Shown here: piece after piece, positions 1-12,245 of the stretch
Layout of the letters: every line of letters begins with the position of its first letter
How positions within the stretch are numbered: position 1 is the stretch's first letter
Assembly (NCBI GenBank): GCA_046094465.1
Contig: JBJTHM010000004.1
Location: 1 to 42,368, forward strand
DNA length: 42,368 bases
Direction of reading: 5' to 3'
Origin: Rhodoluna sp.
GTDB lineage: Bacteria; Actinomycetota; Actinomycetes; Actinomycetales; Microbacteriaceae
The notes under the pieces: model-generated
The model's input: the letters and a program-made list of their open reading frames with translations, nothing else
What the model was told of the DNA's origin: nothing
The model's database searches: none
Program-made: the position numbers and the translations under genes

Positions 1-1302
1 CTCGCGGTTACCACAACCATCGGATCGAATGATTCCAGAGTTGCCTTTGGTCAAACAGCCGGCGGAATTCAATTCCAGGTGACTACCAAAGAAGGTGTTA
101 ATGGCGAGAGTTTCCAAGAGAAGATGAAGAAGAAATTCGAAACTCTTCCAGCAATTTGGAAAGTGAAGTTTGAATCAGGGCAATCTTTTGGTTCAAGCGG
201 AACCATCGATGTCACCGTTACAGCTAAAACCGACGAACAACTAAGAGCAGGTATCCAGAAGGTTGTCGCTAGCTTGGATGGAAAAATCAAGGATGTGAAT
301 CCTGAGATCACCACTACCCTTTCAGAAAAACAAAGAACACTGAAAGTAACGGTTGATCGCATGGCAGCTACCAGAGTTGGTTTATCTGAGATTGCCATTG
401 CCGGAATGGTCTCTAGCGCCATGACTCCGCAGGCCATTGGAAGCATAAACATAGATAACAAGTCGACTTCCATCTATGTGAAATCAAACAACGTTCCTGA
501 AACCATCGATGAGGTCAAAGCAATTGCCATCCCAACCATGGCTGGGCTTAGACCACTGACCAGTTTGGCTGAGGTTGCAATCGTTCAAGTGCCAACCAAG
601 GTCACAACTAAAGATGGTGACCGTGCAGCAACCGTCTCACTGACACCAAACCCTGATGCCAGCTTGACCACCATCACGATGAATGTGGTTCAGCAATTGG
701 ACAAGATCAAGAACGATATGCCACTGGGCTCATCACTATTGCCTCTCGGTGGTGTTTCCGCTGACCAGGCTGAGTCATTCAACCAGTTATTCCTAGCGCT
801 GTTGGCTGCCATCTGTATCGTGTATTTGATCATGGTTGCCACATTTAGATCTCTGATGCAACCACTGGTTCTTCTGATATCGATTCCTTTTGCTGCTACC
901 GGTGCATTCGTGGCTCTGCTACTAACCAATACCGCCCTGGGTCTTCCAGCACTTATTGGAATGCTGCTTCTGGTTGGAATCGTGGTTACCAATGCAATTG
1001 TTTTGATTGATCTAATCAACCAGTATCGCCTGCAGGGAGTTCCACTAGAAGAAGCCATCATGGAAGGTGCCAGACAGCGTCTAAGACCTATCCTGATGAC
1101 CGCGTTGGCCACAATTGGTGCTCTGACACCACTGGTACTGGGGATTACTGGTTCCGGTGGGTTTATTTCACAGCCTCTGGGAATCGTTGTGGTTGGTGGA
1201 TTGTTCTCTTCCACCATTCTGACCCTGGTGATTGTTCCAGTTCTTTATCGCCTAACAGAGGGAAGAAAAGAGCGTCGAGCTCTCAAGAAGGCAAACGCCT
1301 AA
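1..1302 (+). CDS. RND (AcrB/SwrC-like) efflux transporter permease, C-terminal part; 5' truncated by window edge
   Basis: Frame is open from base 1. C-terminal TM helices carry RND motifs GIVVTNAIVLID, RLRPILMT and GGLFSSTILTLVIVPVLY. Confidence 0.9.
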   Translation, partial: LAVTTTIGSNDSRVAFGQTAGGIQFQVTTKEGVNGESFQEKMKKKFETLPAIWKVKFESGQSFGSSGTIDVTVTAKTDEQLRAGIQKVVASLDGKIKDVNPEITTTLSEKQRTLKVTVDRMAATRVGLSEIAIAGMVSSAMTPQAIGSINIDNKSTSIYVKSNNVPETIDEVKAIAIPTMAGLRPLTSLAEVAIVQVPTKVTTKDGDRAATVSLTPNPDASLTTITMNVVQQLDKIKNDMPLGSSLLPLGGVSADQAESFNQLFLALLAAICIVYLIMVATFRSLMQPLVLLISIPFAATGAFVALLLTNTALGLPALIGMLLLVGIVVTNAIVLIDLINQYRLQGVPLEEAIMEGARQRLRPILMTALATIGALTPLVLGITGSGGFISQPLGIVVVGGLFSSTILTLVIVPVLYRLTEGRKERRALKKANA

Positions 1303-1319
1303 AGACTAGACTTCTAGTG

Positions 1320-1341
1320 AGTCGGTGGCGACCTTTAAGTT
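1320..1341 (+). promoter_or_regulatory. Putative orn promoter, leaderless and PafBC/RecA-NDp-like
   Basis: aGTCGG-N10-TAAGTT, then 6 nt, then ATG at 1348. No SD. Confidence 0.5.
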
Positions 1342-1347
1342 GAGTGA

Positions 1348-1959
1348 ATGATGAATATCCCTGAGTATCTAGTTTGGATCGATTGCGAAATGACTGGACT
1401 GGATCCTGAAAAGGACTGCCTGGTTGAGATAGCAGTTGTGCTGACTGATTTAGAACTAAATCCAGTTGACTCTGGATTAGACATCGTAATCAAGCCAAGG
1501 CCAGATTCTTTGGCTGGAATGGGTGACTACGTGCGCAACATGCACACCACATCGGGGCTAATCAACGAGTTTGACTCAGGTCTTTCGCTAGAAGAGGCAG
1601 AATCAAGGGTTCTGGAATACATCAAAAAATACATCCCAACGCCAAAGATCGCGCCACTGGCAGGCAACACCATCGGGACAGATCGCATGTTTATCGCTAA
1701 ATACATGCCTAATCTGGATGCCCACCTGCACTACAGAAACATCGACGTTTCAACGATCAAAGAGTTAGCCAAACGCTGGTTCCAACGTGCCTACTTCCAA
1801 GCACCCAAGAAAGAAGGCGGCCACAGGGCTCTAGCCGACATCCTTGAGTCAATCGAGGAACTTCGCTACTACCGAAAGACCGTGTTTGTTGACAGTCCTG
1901 GCCCAAGTATTGTTGAGGCTCAGACTCTGGCTGAAACCCTGAAGACTGATAAACTCTAA
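1348..1959 (+). CDS. orn: Oligoribonuclease
   Basis: DEDDh motifs LVWIDCEMTGLD, LAGNTIGTDR, IDVSTIKELA and HRALADILESI. Confidence 0.97.
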   Translation: MMNIPEYLVWIDCEMTGLDPEKDCLVEIAVVLTDLELNPVDSGLDIVIKPRPDSLAGMGDYVRNMHTTSGLINEFDSGLSLEEAESRVLEYIKKYIPTPKIAPLAGNTIGTDRMFIAKYMPNLDAHLHYRNIDVSTIKELAKRWFQRAYFQAPKKEGGHRALADILESIEELRYYRKTVFVDSPGPSIVEAQTLAETLKTDKL

Positions 1960-1980
1960 TCTGTCTTACGACAAAGCCAT

Positions 1981-2057
1981 GGTGGGTATAGCTCAGCTGG
2001 TAGAGCGCCTGGTTGTGGTCCAGGATGTCGCGGGTTCAAGTCCCGTTACTCACCCCA
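1981..2057 (+). tRNA. tRNA-His(GTG) with G-1 and encoded CCA
   Basis: Acceptor stem GTGGGTA/TACTCAC, anticodon arm CCTGG-TTGTGGT-CCAGG, T-loop GGTTCAAGTCC, discriminator C, CCA at 2055-2057. Confidence 0.97.
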
Positions 2058-2076
2058 TTTGCTTTTTGGAGTTGGA

Positions 2077-2406
2077 ATGAAACAGTTCCTTATCAACGTC
2101 CTCGATTCAAACACCGGCTCTGCAACCGGTGATGAAATTTCCGAAATAGATGCATTCAATGAGATGCTGCAATCTAATGGCCACTGGGTTTACGCTAATG
2201 GGATTTCAGATCCAAGCGAAGCAGTTCAATTAGATAACCGAAATGATAAGAACGAGCAGATTGATGCTCCACTATACAGTGAGAACACCTACGTCTCTGG
2301 TTTTTGGATTATCAAAGCCGAAGACAAATTAGATGCAATAAGACTTGGCAAGCTTGGTTCAAAGGCCTGCAACAGAAGAGTTGAGGTTAGGCCACTGCAC
2401 GGTTAG
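2077..2406 (+). CDS. YciI/DGPF-family protein
   Basis: GFWIIKA...[10 protein letters not shown] is typical of actinobacterial YciI. ATG 2077 follows a GGAG SD; the ORF-track start at 2059 abuts the tRNA and is less likely. Confidence 0.8.
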   Translation: MKQFLINVLDSNTGSATGDEISEIDAFNEMLQSNGHWVYANGISDPSEAVQLDNRNDKNEQIDAPLYSENTYVSGFWIIKAEDKLDAIRLGKLGSKACNRRVEVRPLHG

Positions 2407-3908
2407 TTCTGGTTGGCTCTTTCTAAAACCAATTCACGAACTCTTGCCGCATCTGCCTGACCCTTCATGGCTTGCATCACTGCACCGATCACCGCACCAG
2501 CTGCCTGAATTTTACCCTCGCGAATTTTTTCTAATACATCCGGCTGCTTAGCCAGCGCTTCATCAATTGCTGCAATTAGGGCACCGTCATCTGAGACAAC
2601 TTCAAGACCCTGAGAACTAACAATCTCCGAAGGTGACCCCTTACCGGCAAGCACCTCGGCTAGCACGCCTCTGGCAATTCGGTCATTGATTTTTCCTGAA
2701 TCCACCAGGTTGGCAAGTTCTGCAACCTCAGCTGGCGTAATTGAAAGTTCCGAAACATCTTTGTCTTCGCTATTTGCAATACGTGCAATTTCTCCTGAAT
2801 ACCATTTACGAGCAGACTGTGCTTTAGCTCCTGCGGCAACTGCCTCCTCAATTAGATCAAGGAGTCCAGCGTTAACCACATCACGGAATTCCATCTCGGC
2901 AAAACCCCACTCGGCTGCTAGACGCTTTCTCTTTTCGGCTGGGTTCTCCGGAAGCTTGGCTCTCAAAGATTCAATTAGCTCAGCGCTTGGCTTTACCGGA
3001 ACCAGATCTGGTTCTGGGAAATAGCGATAGTCATCGGCATCTGATTTAGGTCGACCGGCGCTGGTAGCACCCTTATCCTCGTGCCAGTGTCTGGTCTCCT
3101 GAGTGATAGTTCCGCCGTCGGCAAGAATCTGGGCCTGGCGCTGAATCTCATATCTAACAGCTCGTTCGATGCTTCTGAGGCTGTTCACGTTCTTGGTTTC
3201 GGTTCTGGTGCCGAGTTTTTCTTGACCGATTGGTCTAAGTGAAACGTTAGCGTCACAGCGAACATTGCCGCGCTCCATCTTTGCGTCAGATACCCCAAGT
3301 GCTTTGACAATCTCTCTGATGGATCTGACATAGGCTGCGGCTAATTCAGGTGCTTCAGCGCCAGCTCCAAAAACTGGTTTGGTTACAATCTCAACCAGTG
3401 GAACACCAGCACGGTTGTAATCAACCAGCGAATACTCTGCCCCGTGAATTCTTCCAGTAGCACCACCGATGTGAGTTAGCTTTCCTGCATCCTCTTCCAT
3501 GTGTGCTCGCTCGATCTGGACGGTAAATACTTTTCCAGATGGCACTTCAACATCTAGAGCACCGCTGAAAGCGATCGGTTCGTCATACTGCGAAGTTTGG
3601 AAGTTCTTTGCAAGATCTGGATAGAAGTAGTTCTTTCTTGCAAACCGGCCGGTCGGGGCAATCTGGCAACCTAGCGATAAACCAATAGCGATAGATGACT
3701 CCACTGCTTTCTTGTTCACCGCAGGTAAAGAACCCGGCAGCCCAATACAGACTGGGCAGACATTGGTGTTTGGTTCTTCACCAAACTCATTTCGGCAACC
3801 ACAGAACATCTTGGTTTTGGTGTTTAGTTCAACGTGAACTTCCAAACCGATAACGACTTCAAAAAGTGAGATTGCTTTCTCGTAATCCATCAAATTAGCC
3901 TTAGCCAT
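2403..3908 (-). CDS. gatB: Asp/Glu-tRNA amidotransferase subunit B
   Basis: [50 protein letters not shown]. Confidence 0.98.
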   Translation of the reverse strand: MAKANLMDYEKAISLFEVVIGLEVHVELNTKTKMFCGCRNEFGEEPNTNVCPVCIGLPGSLPAVNKKAVESSIAIGLSLGCQIAPTGRFARKNYFYPDLAKNFQTSQYDEPIAFSGALDVEVPSGKVFTVQIERAHMEEDAGKLTHIGGATGRIHGAEYSLVDYNRAGVPLVEIVTKPVFGAGAEAPELAAAYVRSIREIVKALGVSDAKMERGNVRCDANVSLRPIGQEKLGTRTETKNVNSLRSIERAVRYEIQRQAQILADGGTITQETRHWHEDKGATSAGRPKSDADDYRYFPEPDLVPVKPSAELIESLRAKLPENPAEKRKRLAAEWGFAEMEFRDVVNAGLLDLIEEAVAAGAKAQSARKWYSGEIARIANSEDKDVSELSITPAEVAELANLVDSGKINDRIARGVLAEVLAGKGSPSEIVSSQGLEVVSDDGALIAAIDEALAKQPDVLEKIREGKIQAAGAVIGAVMQAMKGQADAARVRELVLERANQN

Positions 3909-5410
3909 TAGTTCACCTCCAAGCTGGGAGCAAAATCAATCATTCGCTTACCCCAGATACCTTCAAGAGTGCTTTCTAACGCAGCGCCAACTTCATACAA
4001 AAGAGCATCTTTATAACTTGGGGAAAGGAACTGAATACCTACCGGTAACTGATCCTCATCGGCTAGACCTATCGGAACCGAGATTCCTGGCAAGCCAGCG
4101 AGGTTAGCCGGAATGGTTGCGATGTCATTCAAATACATAGCTAGTGGGTCAGCCACCTTCTCACCGAATTTGAATGCCGTGGTTGGTGCAGTCGGTGAAA
4201 TCAAAACATCAGCTTTACTAAATGCATTGGCGAAATCACGCTGGATTAGTGTTCTAACCTTTTGTGCAGCACCGTAGAACTTATCGAATGAGCCTGCCGA
4301 TAAGGCATAGGTTCCCAAGATAATTCTGCGCTTGACCTCAGGTCCAAAGCCAGCCTCTCTGGTTGCTGCCATAACCCTTTCAATGGTTGGATTACCCTCA
4401 GGGGTAACACGCATGCCAAAGCGAACCGAATCAAATTTAGCTAGATTGCTAGAAGCTTCCGCCGGGAGGATTAGATAGTAGGCGTCGATTGCATATTCAA
4501 AGCTTGGACAGTCAACCTCAACTATTTCCCCACCGGCTTTAGTGATTAGCTCTATAGCTTCAGCAAACCTGTTTCTAACACCCTGCTGGAATCCTTCACC
4601 AGAAAGCTGCTTGATCAAACCAAACTTCTTACCCTTGAGTGAACCTGCCTGAGCCGCAGCGACCATCGACCCAAGTGAATCCGTCAGCGAAGTGCTATCA
4701 AATGGATCGTGACCTGCTATGACATCTTGCAGATACGCAGCATCAAGAACATTTCTGGCAACTGGACCAATCTGATCTAGAGATGAGGCCAGAGCAATCA
4801 AACCGTAGCGTGAAATTGCTCCGTAGGTTGGTTTAATACCAACTGTTCCCGTTACCGCTGCAGGAAATCTGATCGAACCACCAGTATCTGAGCCAATTGC
4901 CAGCGGTGCTTGAAAAGAAGAGATTACCGATGATGAACCACCACCAGAACCGCCTGGAGTTCTAGAAACATCCCAAGGGTTTTTCGAAGGTCCATAGGCT
5001 GAGAATTCTGTTGAAGAACCCATCGCAAACTCATCCAGGTTGGTCTTACCTAAAATTGGCATTAATTGATTGCGAAGTTTGGTAACCACGGTTGCATCGT
5101 AAGGCGGAACCCAGCCTTCTAGTATTTTTGAACCGGCTGTTGTGGGTGCATCGGTTGTGGTGAGATTGTCCTTGACTGCTATCGGCAAGCCAGCTAGTGC
5201 TGGTAATTGCTCACCTTTTTTGCGTCTTGCATCAACTTCTCTAGCAGTGGCTAGAGCGGATTCTTCAGTTACCACCAAAAAAGAGTGAATCTCGGAATCC
5301 ACCTTGGCTATCTGATCTAGGTGAGCTTGAGTGATTTCGACTGAAGAAACTTCACCAGACTGCAAAAGACCTAATAGCTCGCTGGCATTTTTCTTGATGA
5401 GCTCGGACAT
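3908..5410 (-). CDS. gatA: Asp/Glu-tRNA amidotransferase subunit A
   Basis: Amidase signature [30 protein letters not shown]; [13 protein letters not shown]. Confidence 0.98.
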   Translation of the reverse strand: MSELIKKNASELLGLLQSGEVSSVEITQAHLDQIAKVDSEIHSFLVVTEESALATAREVDARRKKGEQLPALAGLPIAVKDNLTTTDAPTTAGSKILEGWVPPYDATVVTKLRNQLMPILGKTNLDEFAMGSSTEFSAYGPSKNPWDVSRTPGGSGGGSSSVISSFQAPLAIGSDTGGSIRFPAAVTGTVGIKPTYGAISRYGLIALASSLDQIGPVARNVLDAAYLQDVIAGHDPFDSTSLTDSLGSMVAAAQAGSLKGKKFGLIKQLSGEGFQQGVRNRFAEAIELITKAGGEIVEVDCPSFEYAIDAYYLILPAEASSNLAKFDSVRFGMRVTPEGNPTIERVMAATREAGFGPEVKRRIILGTYALSAGSFDKFYGAAQKVRTLIQRDFANAFSKADVLISPTAPTTAFKFGEKVADPLAMYLNDIATIPANLAGLPGISVPIGLADEDQLPVGIQFLSPSYKDALLYEVGAALESTLEGIWGKRMIDFAPSLEVN

Positions 5411-5412
5411 CT

Positions 5413-5709
5413 TTACTCCTCATCCAAAATCGCCGCAACGCGGAATCTACCCTGAGCGCTATCTGGAGCTCCAGACAGGGCTTGGGTTTGGGTTAGGGAT
5501 TGACCCACCTCGTCCTCACGGAAGACGTTACTTAGTGGGATCGGGTGGCTCGTGGCTGGGGTGTTTTCATCTACGATGTTAGAGATTTTGGCTACCGAAT
5601 CAACTATCACGCTGAGCTGCTCGGTGAAGCGGGCTAACTCGGCCTCGGTTAGGTCAATTCTGGCTAGGTTGGCCAAATGACGCACCAAATCGGGGGTTAT
5701 CTCAGACAT
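5413..5709 (-). CDS. gatC: Asp/Glu-tRNA amidotransferase subunit C
   Basis: [10 protein letters not shown]...NVFRED...ALSGAP; lies directly upstream of gatA with an AAGGA SD. Confidence 0.96.
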   Translation of the reverse strand: MSEITPDLVRHLANLARIDLTEAELARFTEQLSVIVDSVAKISNIVDENTPATSHPIPLSNVFREDEVGQSLTQTQALSGAPDSAQGRFRVAAILDEE

Positions 5710-5829
5710 TGGATTCCTTCTAGAACAAGATAAAACAAGTATATCGGGGCTGACAGCATACCTTTTACTGGGCTAAACTTACATAGTTGCCCCGAGGGTT
5801 GGCAGACCTAGATTCCAGGAGATTTACCT

Positions 5830-9027
<3,198 letters not shown>

Positions 9028-9028
9028 T

Positions 9029-10156
9029 TTAGTTGATGCTCGCCGTAGCCGTGGAGAACTCATCCACTGCAGAAATAGTTTGATCTATGGTGGTTTGGGC
9101 TAGCACTCTTGTGCCAAGGTAGATAACTGCTGTTTGACCTGGAGCAACACCAAAGATTGGTTCACTAAGTTTGATGGTCATTTTATCTTCGGTAACTTTT
9201 ACCTCACACGGAACCTGTTCACCATGGGCTCTGACCTGAACATGAGCACCAAAGAATTCTTGGGCATCAGGCTTTGGCTTACCGCACCAGGAAAACTTTC
9301 TGCCGCTGAGCTCCTTAACTGCTAGAGCGGCTTGAGGCCCAACCACGACCTGATTGGTTTTGACATCAACTGCTAACACATAGCGAGGTTTCCCATCAGC
9401 GGCAGGTCTTCCAAGTTGCAAACCTTTTCTTTGGCCTACGGTAAAACCGTGAGCACCCTGATGCTTACCGAGTTTGTTTCCGGCCATGTCCACTATGTCG
9501 CCAGCAGTGCTACCCAAACGATCAGCTAACCAGTCTTGGGTGTCGCCTTCAGGGATGAAGCAGATGTCATATGAATCCGGTTTGGCCGCGACCGATAGAC
9601 CTCGCTCAGCTGCTTCCGCTCTAATCAAATCTTTACTTGCCGTATGGCCCAGTGGAAACATCGAGTGTTTTAGTTGCTCTTCAGTCAGCACACCTAAGAC
9701 ATAGCTCTGGTCTTTAGCTAGTGCTTCGGACCTGTGCAGTTCAAGATTTCCTGCAGCATCGGTGAGGATGCTTGCGTAGTGGCCGGTGCAAACAGCATCG
9801 AAACCTAAAGCCAAACCTTTTTCCAGCAGAGCCGCAAACTTGATTCTCTCGTTACATCTCATACACGGGTTAGGTGTTCTGCCTGCCTGGTATTCAGCGA
9901 TAAAGTCATCCACCACATCCAGTTTGAATCGCTCACTGAAATCCCAAACATAATACGGAATACCAATTACGTTTGCCGCCCGTTGAGCATCCATGCTGTC
10001 TTCAATTGTGCAGCAGCCTCTAGAACCAGTGCGCAAGGTTCCAGGCATTCTAGATAGCGCTAAGTGGACGCCGACAACCTCGTGACCTGCCTCAACAGCT
10101 CGGGCTGCAGCAACCGCACTGTCCACTCCTCCACTCATGGCGGCTAAAACCTTCAT
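9029..10156 (-). CDS. mnmA: tRNA 2-thiouridylase
   Basis: SGGVDS PP-loop, TPNPCMRCN, TGHYA, KDQSY, ICFI. Confidence 0.97.
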   Translation of the reverse strand: MKVLAAMSGGVDSAVAAARAVEAGHEVVGVHLALSRMPGTLRTGSRGCCTIEDSMDAQRAANVIGIPYYVWDFSERFKLDVVDDFIAEYQAGRTPNPCMRCNERIKFAALLEKGLALGFDAVCTGHYASILTDAAGNLELHRSEALAKDQSYVLGVLTEEQLKHSMFPLGHTASKDLIRAEAAERGLSVAAKPDSYDICFIPEGDTQDWLADRLGSTAGDIVDMAGNKLGKHQGAHGFTVGQRKGLQLGRPAADGKPRYVLAVDVKTNQVVVGPQAALAVKELSGRKFSWCGKPKPDAQEFFGAHVQVRAHGEQVPCEVKVTEDKMTIKLSEPIFGVAPGQTAVIYLGTRVLAQTTIDQTISAVDEFSTATASIN

Positions 10157-11337
10157 CTGTTTGCCCCCGTGATGCTCACTCCGGCTCTTAGTGCTGCCTC
10201 AACAGCTTTTGGTAATGCTGCGATAAAACCATCGATGTCTTCTTTGGTGCTCTTGTTACCGAGGGTCATCCTTAGACAGCCATAGGCATCCACTTCTGAT
10301 CTGCCCATAGCTATCAGCACATGGCTTGGCCCGTTCACTCCAGCTTGGCAAGCAGAACCGGTTGAAACAGATATTCCTTGCTGATCTAGAAGAAATAGCA
10401 ATGAGTCTCCAGAGCAGCCTTTGAAAATAAAATGCGCATTATTCGGAAGACGCTGGTCTCTATCTCCGCTGAGCGAAGCAACTGGGCAGATTCTTTGCAC
10501 TTCGCTGATTAGATAATCACGCAACTGAGTCAACCGCTTTGCTTCCGTGGCTAACTCTCTGACTGCAATCTCAGCCGCGTGAGCGAAAGCCTTGGCGGCC
10601 GGCGCATTCATGGGTCCAGAGCGCAACCCTCGTTCTTGACCGCCACCATGAATCAGTGAAACCATTTTTGCGGCTCTTGCAACAATAAGTGCGCCAACCC
10701 CGATTGGGCCACCAATCTTGTGAGCTGAGACGCTCATAGCAGCTAGAGAAGAATCTTTGAAAGAAATTGGTAGATGCCCAAAAGTTGCCACGGCGTCAGA
10801 ATGAACTGGAATTGAATATTCTGCTGCCAGCTCAGCTAGTTTCTTGATATCGTTCACGACACCGGTTTCGTTATTTGCCCACATCAAAGATATAAGTGCA
10901 ACCCGATCTCCCTGTTCCACAAGGAGCTGAGTTAGATAATCGAAATCTATAAAACCAGCTTCATCTATTTTGAGCCAGATGATTTCAGCCCCATCATGCT
11001 TTGCCAGCCACTCAATCGGATCGATTACCGCATGGTGCTCGCTGGCAGCACTGAGAATGAGATTCTTTTTCTCATCCTCTTCACGTCTTTGCCAGTAGAG
11101 GCCCTTAATCGCCATGTTATTACTCTCAGTTCCTCCTGAGGTGAATATCACTTCATTCCTATTGCAGTCAAGTGCTTGGGCTAGAGATTCTCTCGCTTCT
11201 TCGAGGGCTCGCCTCACTGCCTGGCCTGAGGTATGCACTGAGGATGGATTACCAAGCTCTTTGAGGTAGTGCACGTAGCTTTCTAACACCTCGTCCCTAA
11301 TCGGTGTTGTTGCTGCGTAGTCTAGGTAAATTGCCAT
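10153..11337 (-). CDS. Cysteine desulfurase (IscS/NifS-like), probable sulfur donor for MnmA
   Basis: YLDYAATTP, FTSGGTESNN, SAHK (PLP Lys), STGSAC (catalytic Cys); 4-nt overlap with mnmA. Confidence 0.93.
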   Translation of the reverse strand: MAIYLDYAATTPIRDEVLESYVHYLKELGNPSSVHTSGQAVRRALEEARESLAQALDCNRNEVIFTSGGTESNNMAIKGLYWQRREEDEKKNLILSAASEHHAVIDPIEWLAKHDGAEIIWLKIDEAGFIDFDYLTQLLVEQGDRVALISLMWANNETGVVNDIKKLAELAAEYSIPVHSDAVATFGHLPISFKDSSLAAMSVSAHKIGGPIGVGALIVARAAKMVSLIHGGGQERGLRSGPMNAPAAKAFAHAAEIAVRELATEAKRLTQLRDYLISEVQRICPVASLSGDRDQRLPNNAHFIFKGCSGDSLLFLLDQQGISVSTGSACQAGVNGPSHVLIAMGRSEVDAYGCLRMTLGNKSTKEDIDGFIAALPKAVEAALRAGVSITGANR

Positions 11338-11339
11338 CT

Positions 11340-12245
11340 CTAAAACATTTTCGCCGCTAATTGCTTACGTGCTCTAATAGCCGCAGGGTGATTCTTTCCT
11401 GCCACAATAAATAAGTCAAGGATGTGCTTAGTTAGAGCTTTTTTATCTTCAGCCTCAGCAAAATAATCCAGCAAAAGATCAAAGGCTGATTCTGCATCGC
11501 CAATAGCCATGAAGCAATCGGCTTTTCTCAAAAACTCAATTTGGGATTTAGGTTCACTGGCTAATTCTTTTTCCAGAGATAACGCATAGGTTCGAGCCAC
11601 GAGTCTCACCTGCGCCAGCCGCTCGGCAAGCTGCTCATTACTTGGATTTGCAGCAAGCTCCTTCTCATAGATGGCAACTGCAGCCTGGAAGTCTCCTCGA
11701 TCCATGGCATCCAAGGCTTGCTGCTCCTGTGGGCTCAACTGTGGCTCTTCTTCGGTGGCTGTATCACCAATAACTAGTTGCCCAGCTAGACCTTGTTCTT
11801 TGGCTAATTCCAGAAGTTTGTCTAGAAAAACCACCAAATCTTCTTCGCTCTGATCGCCTTGGAAAAGAGGTCTCGGCTCACCCGAAAGAATCATCGCCAC
11901 TGTCGCAGACTGAGTAATGCCAAAGGCTTCAGCTATTTGCGGATTTTGTAGCACATCTAATTTGGCTAAGAACCACTTACCTGCGTATTTCTCAACCAGT
12001 TTCTCAAGCTTCTCGGTAAGCAAGATACTTTCCTGATCCGATGGAGAATAGAAACTCACAATCACTGGAACCACGCCAGAGATTTGTATCACCGAGCGAA
12101 CTACCGCTTCAACTAAATCCACGGAGAGGGCAGGGACTGTTACTTTGCCTTTTTCCTCTGAACCACCGAGCTTGTCTTTGACCACTCGATTGGCAAGGCT
12201 GGATAAATCCACTCCGCCTCTAAAAGCAGAATTCATGTCGTTCAA
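11340..12245 (-). CDS. YbbN/CnoX-like thioredoxin-fold + TPR protein
   Basis: RGGVDLSSL N-terminus, Trx-like region without CxxC, PLFQG, C-terminal ARKQLAAKMF. Confidence 0.8.
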   Translation of the reverse strand: MNDMNSAFRGGVDLSSLANRVVKDKLGGSEEKGKVTVPALSVDLVEAVVRSVIQISGVVPVIVSFYSPSDQESILLTEKLEKLVEKYAGKWFLAKLDVLQNPQIAEAFGITQSATVAMILSGEPRPLFQGDQSEEDLVVFLDKLLELAKEQGLAGQLVIGDTATEEEPQLSPQEQQALDAMDRGDFQAAVAIYEKELAANPSNEQLAERLAQVRLVARTYALSLEKELASEPKSQIEFLRKADCFMAIGDAESAFDLLLDYFAEAEDKKALTKHILDLFIVAGKNHPAAIRARKQLAAKMF

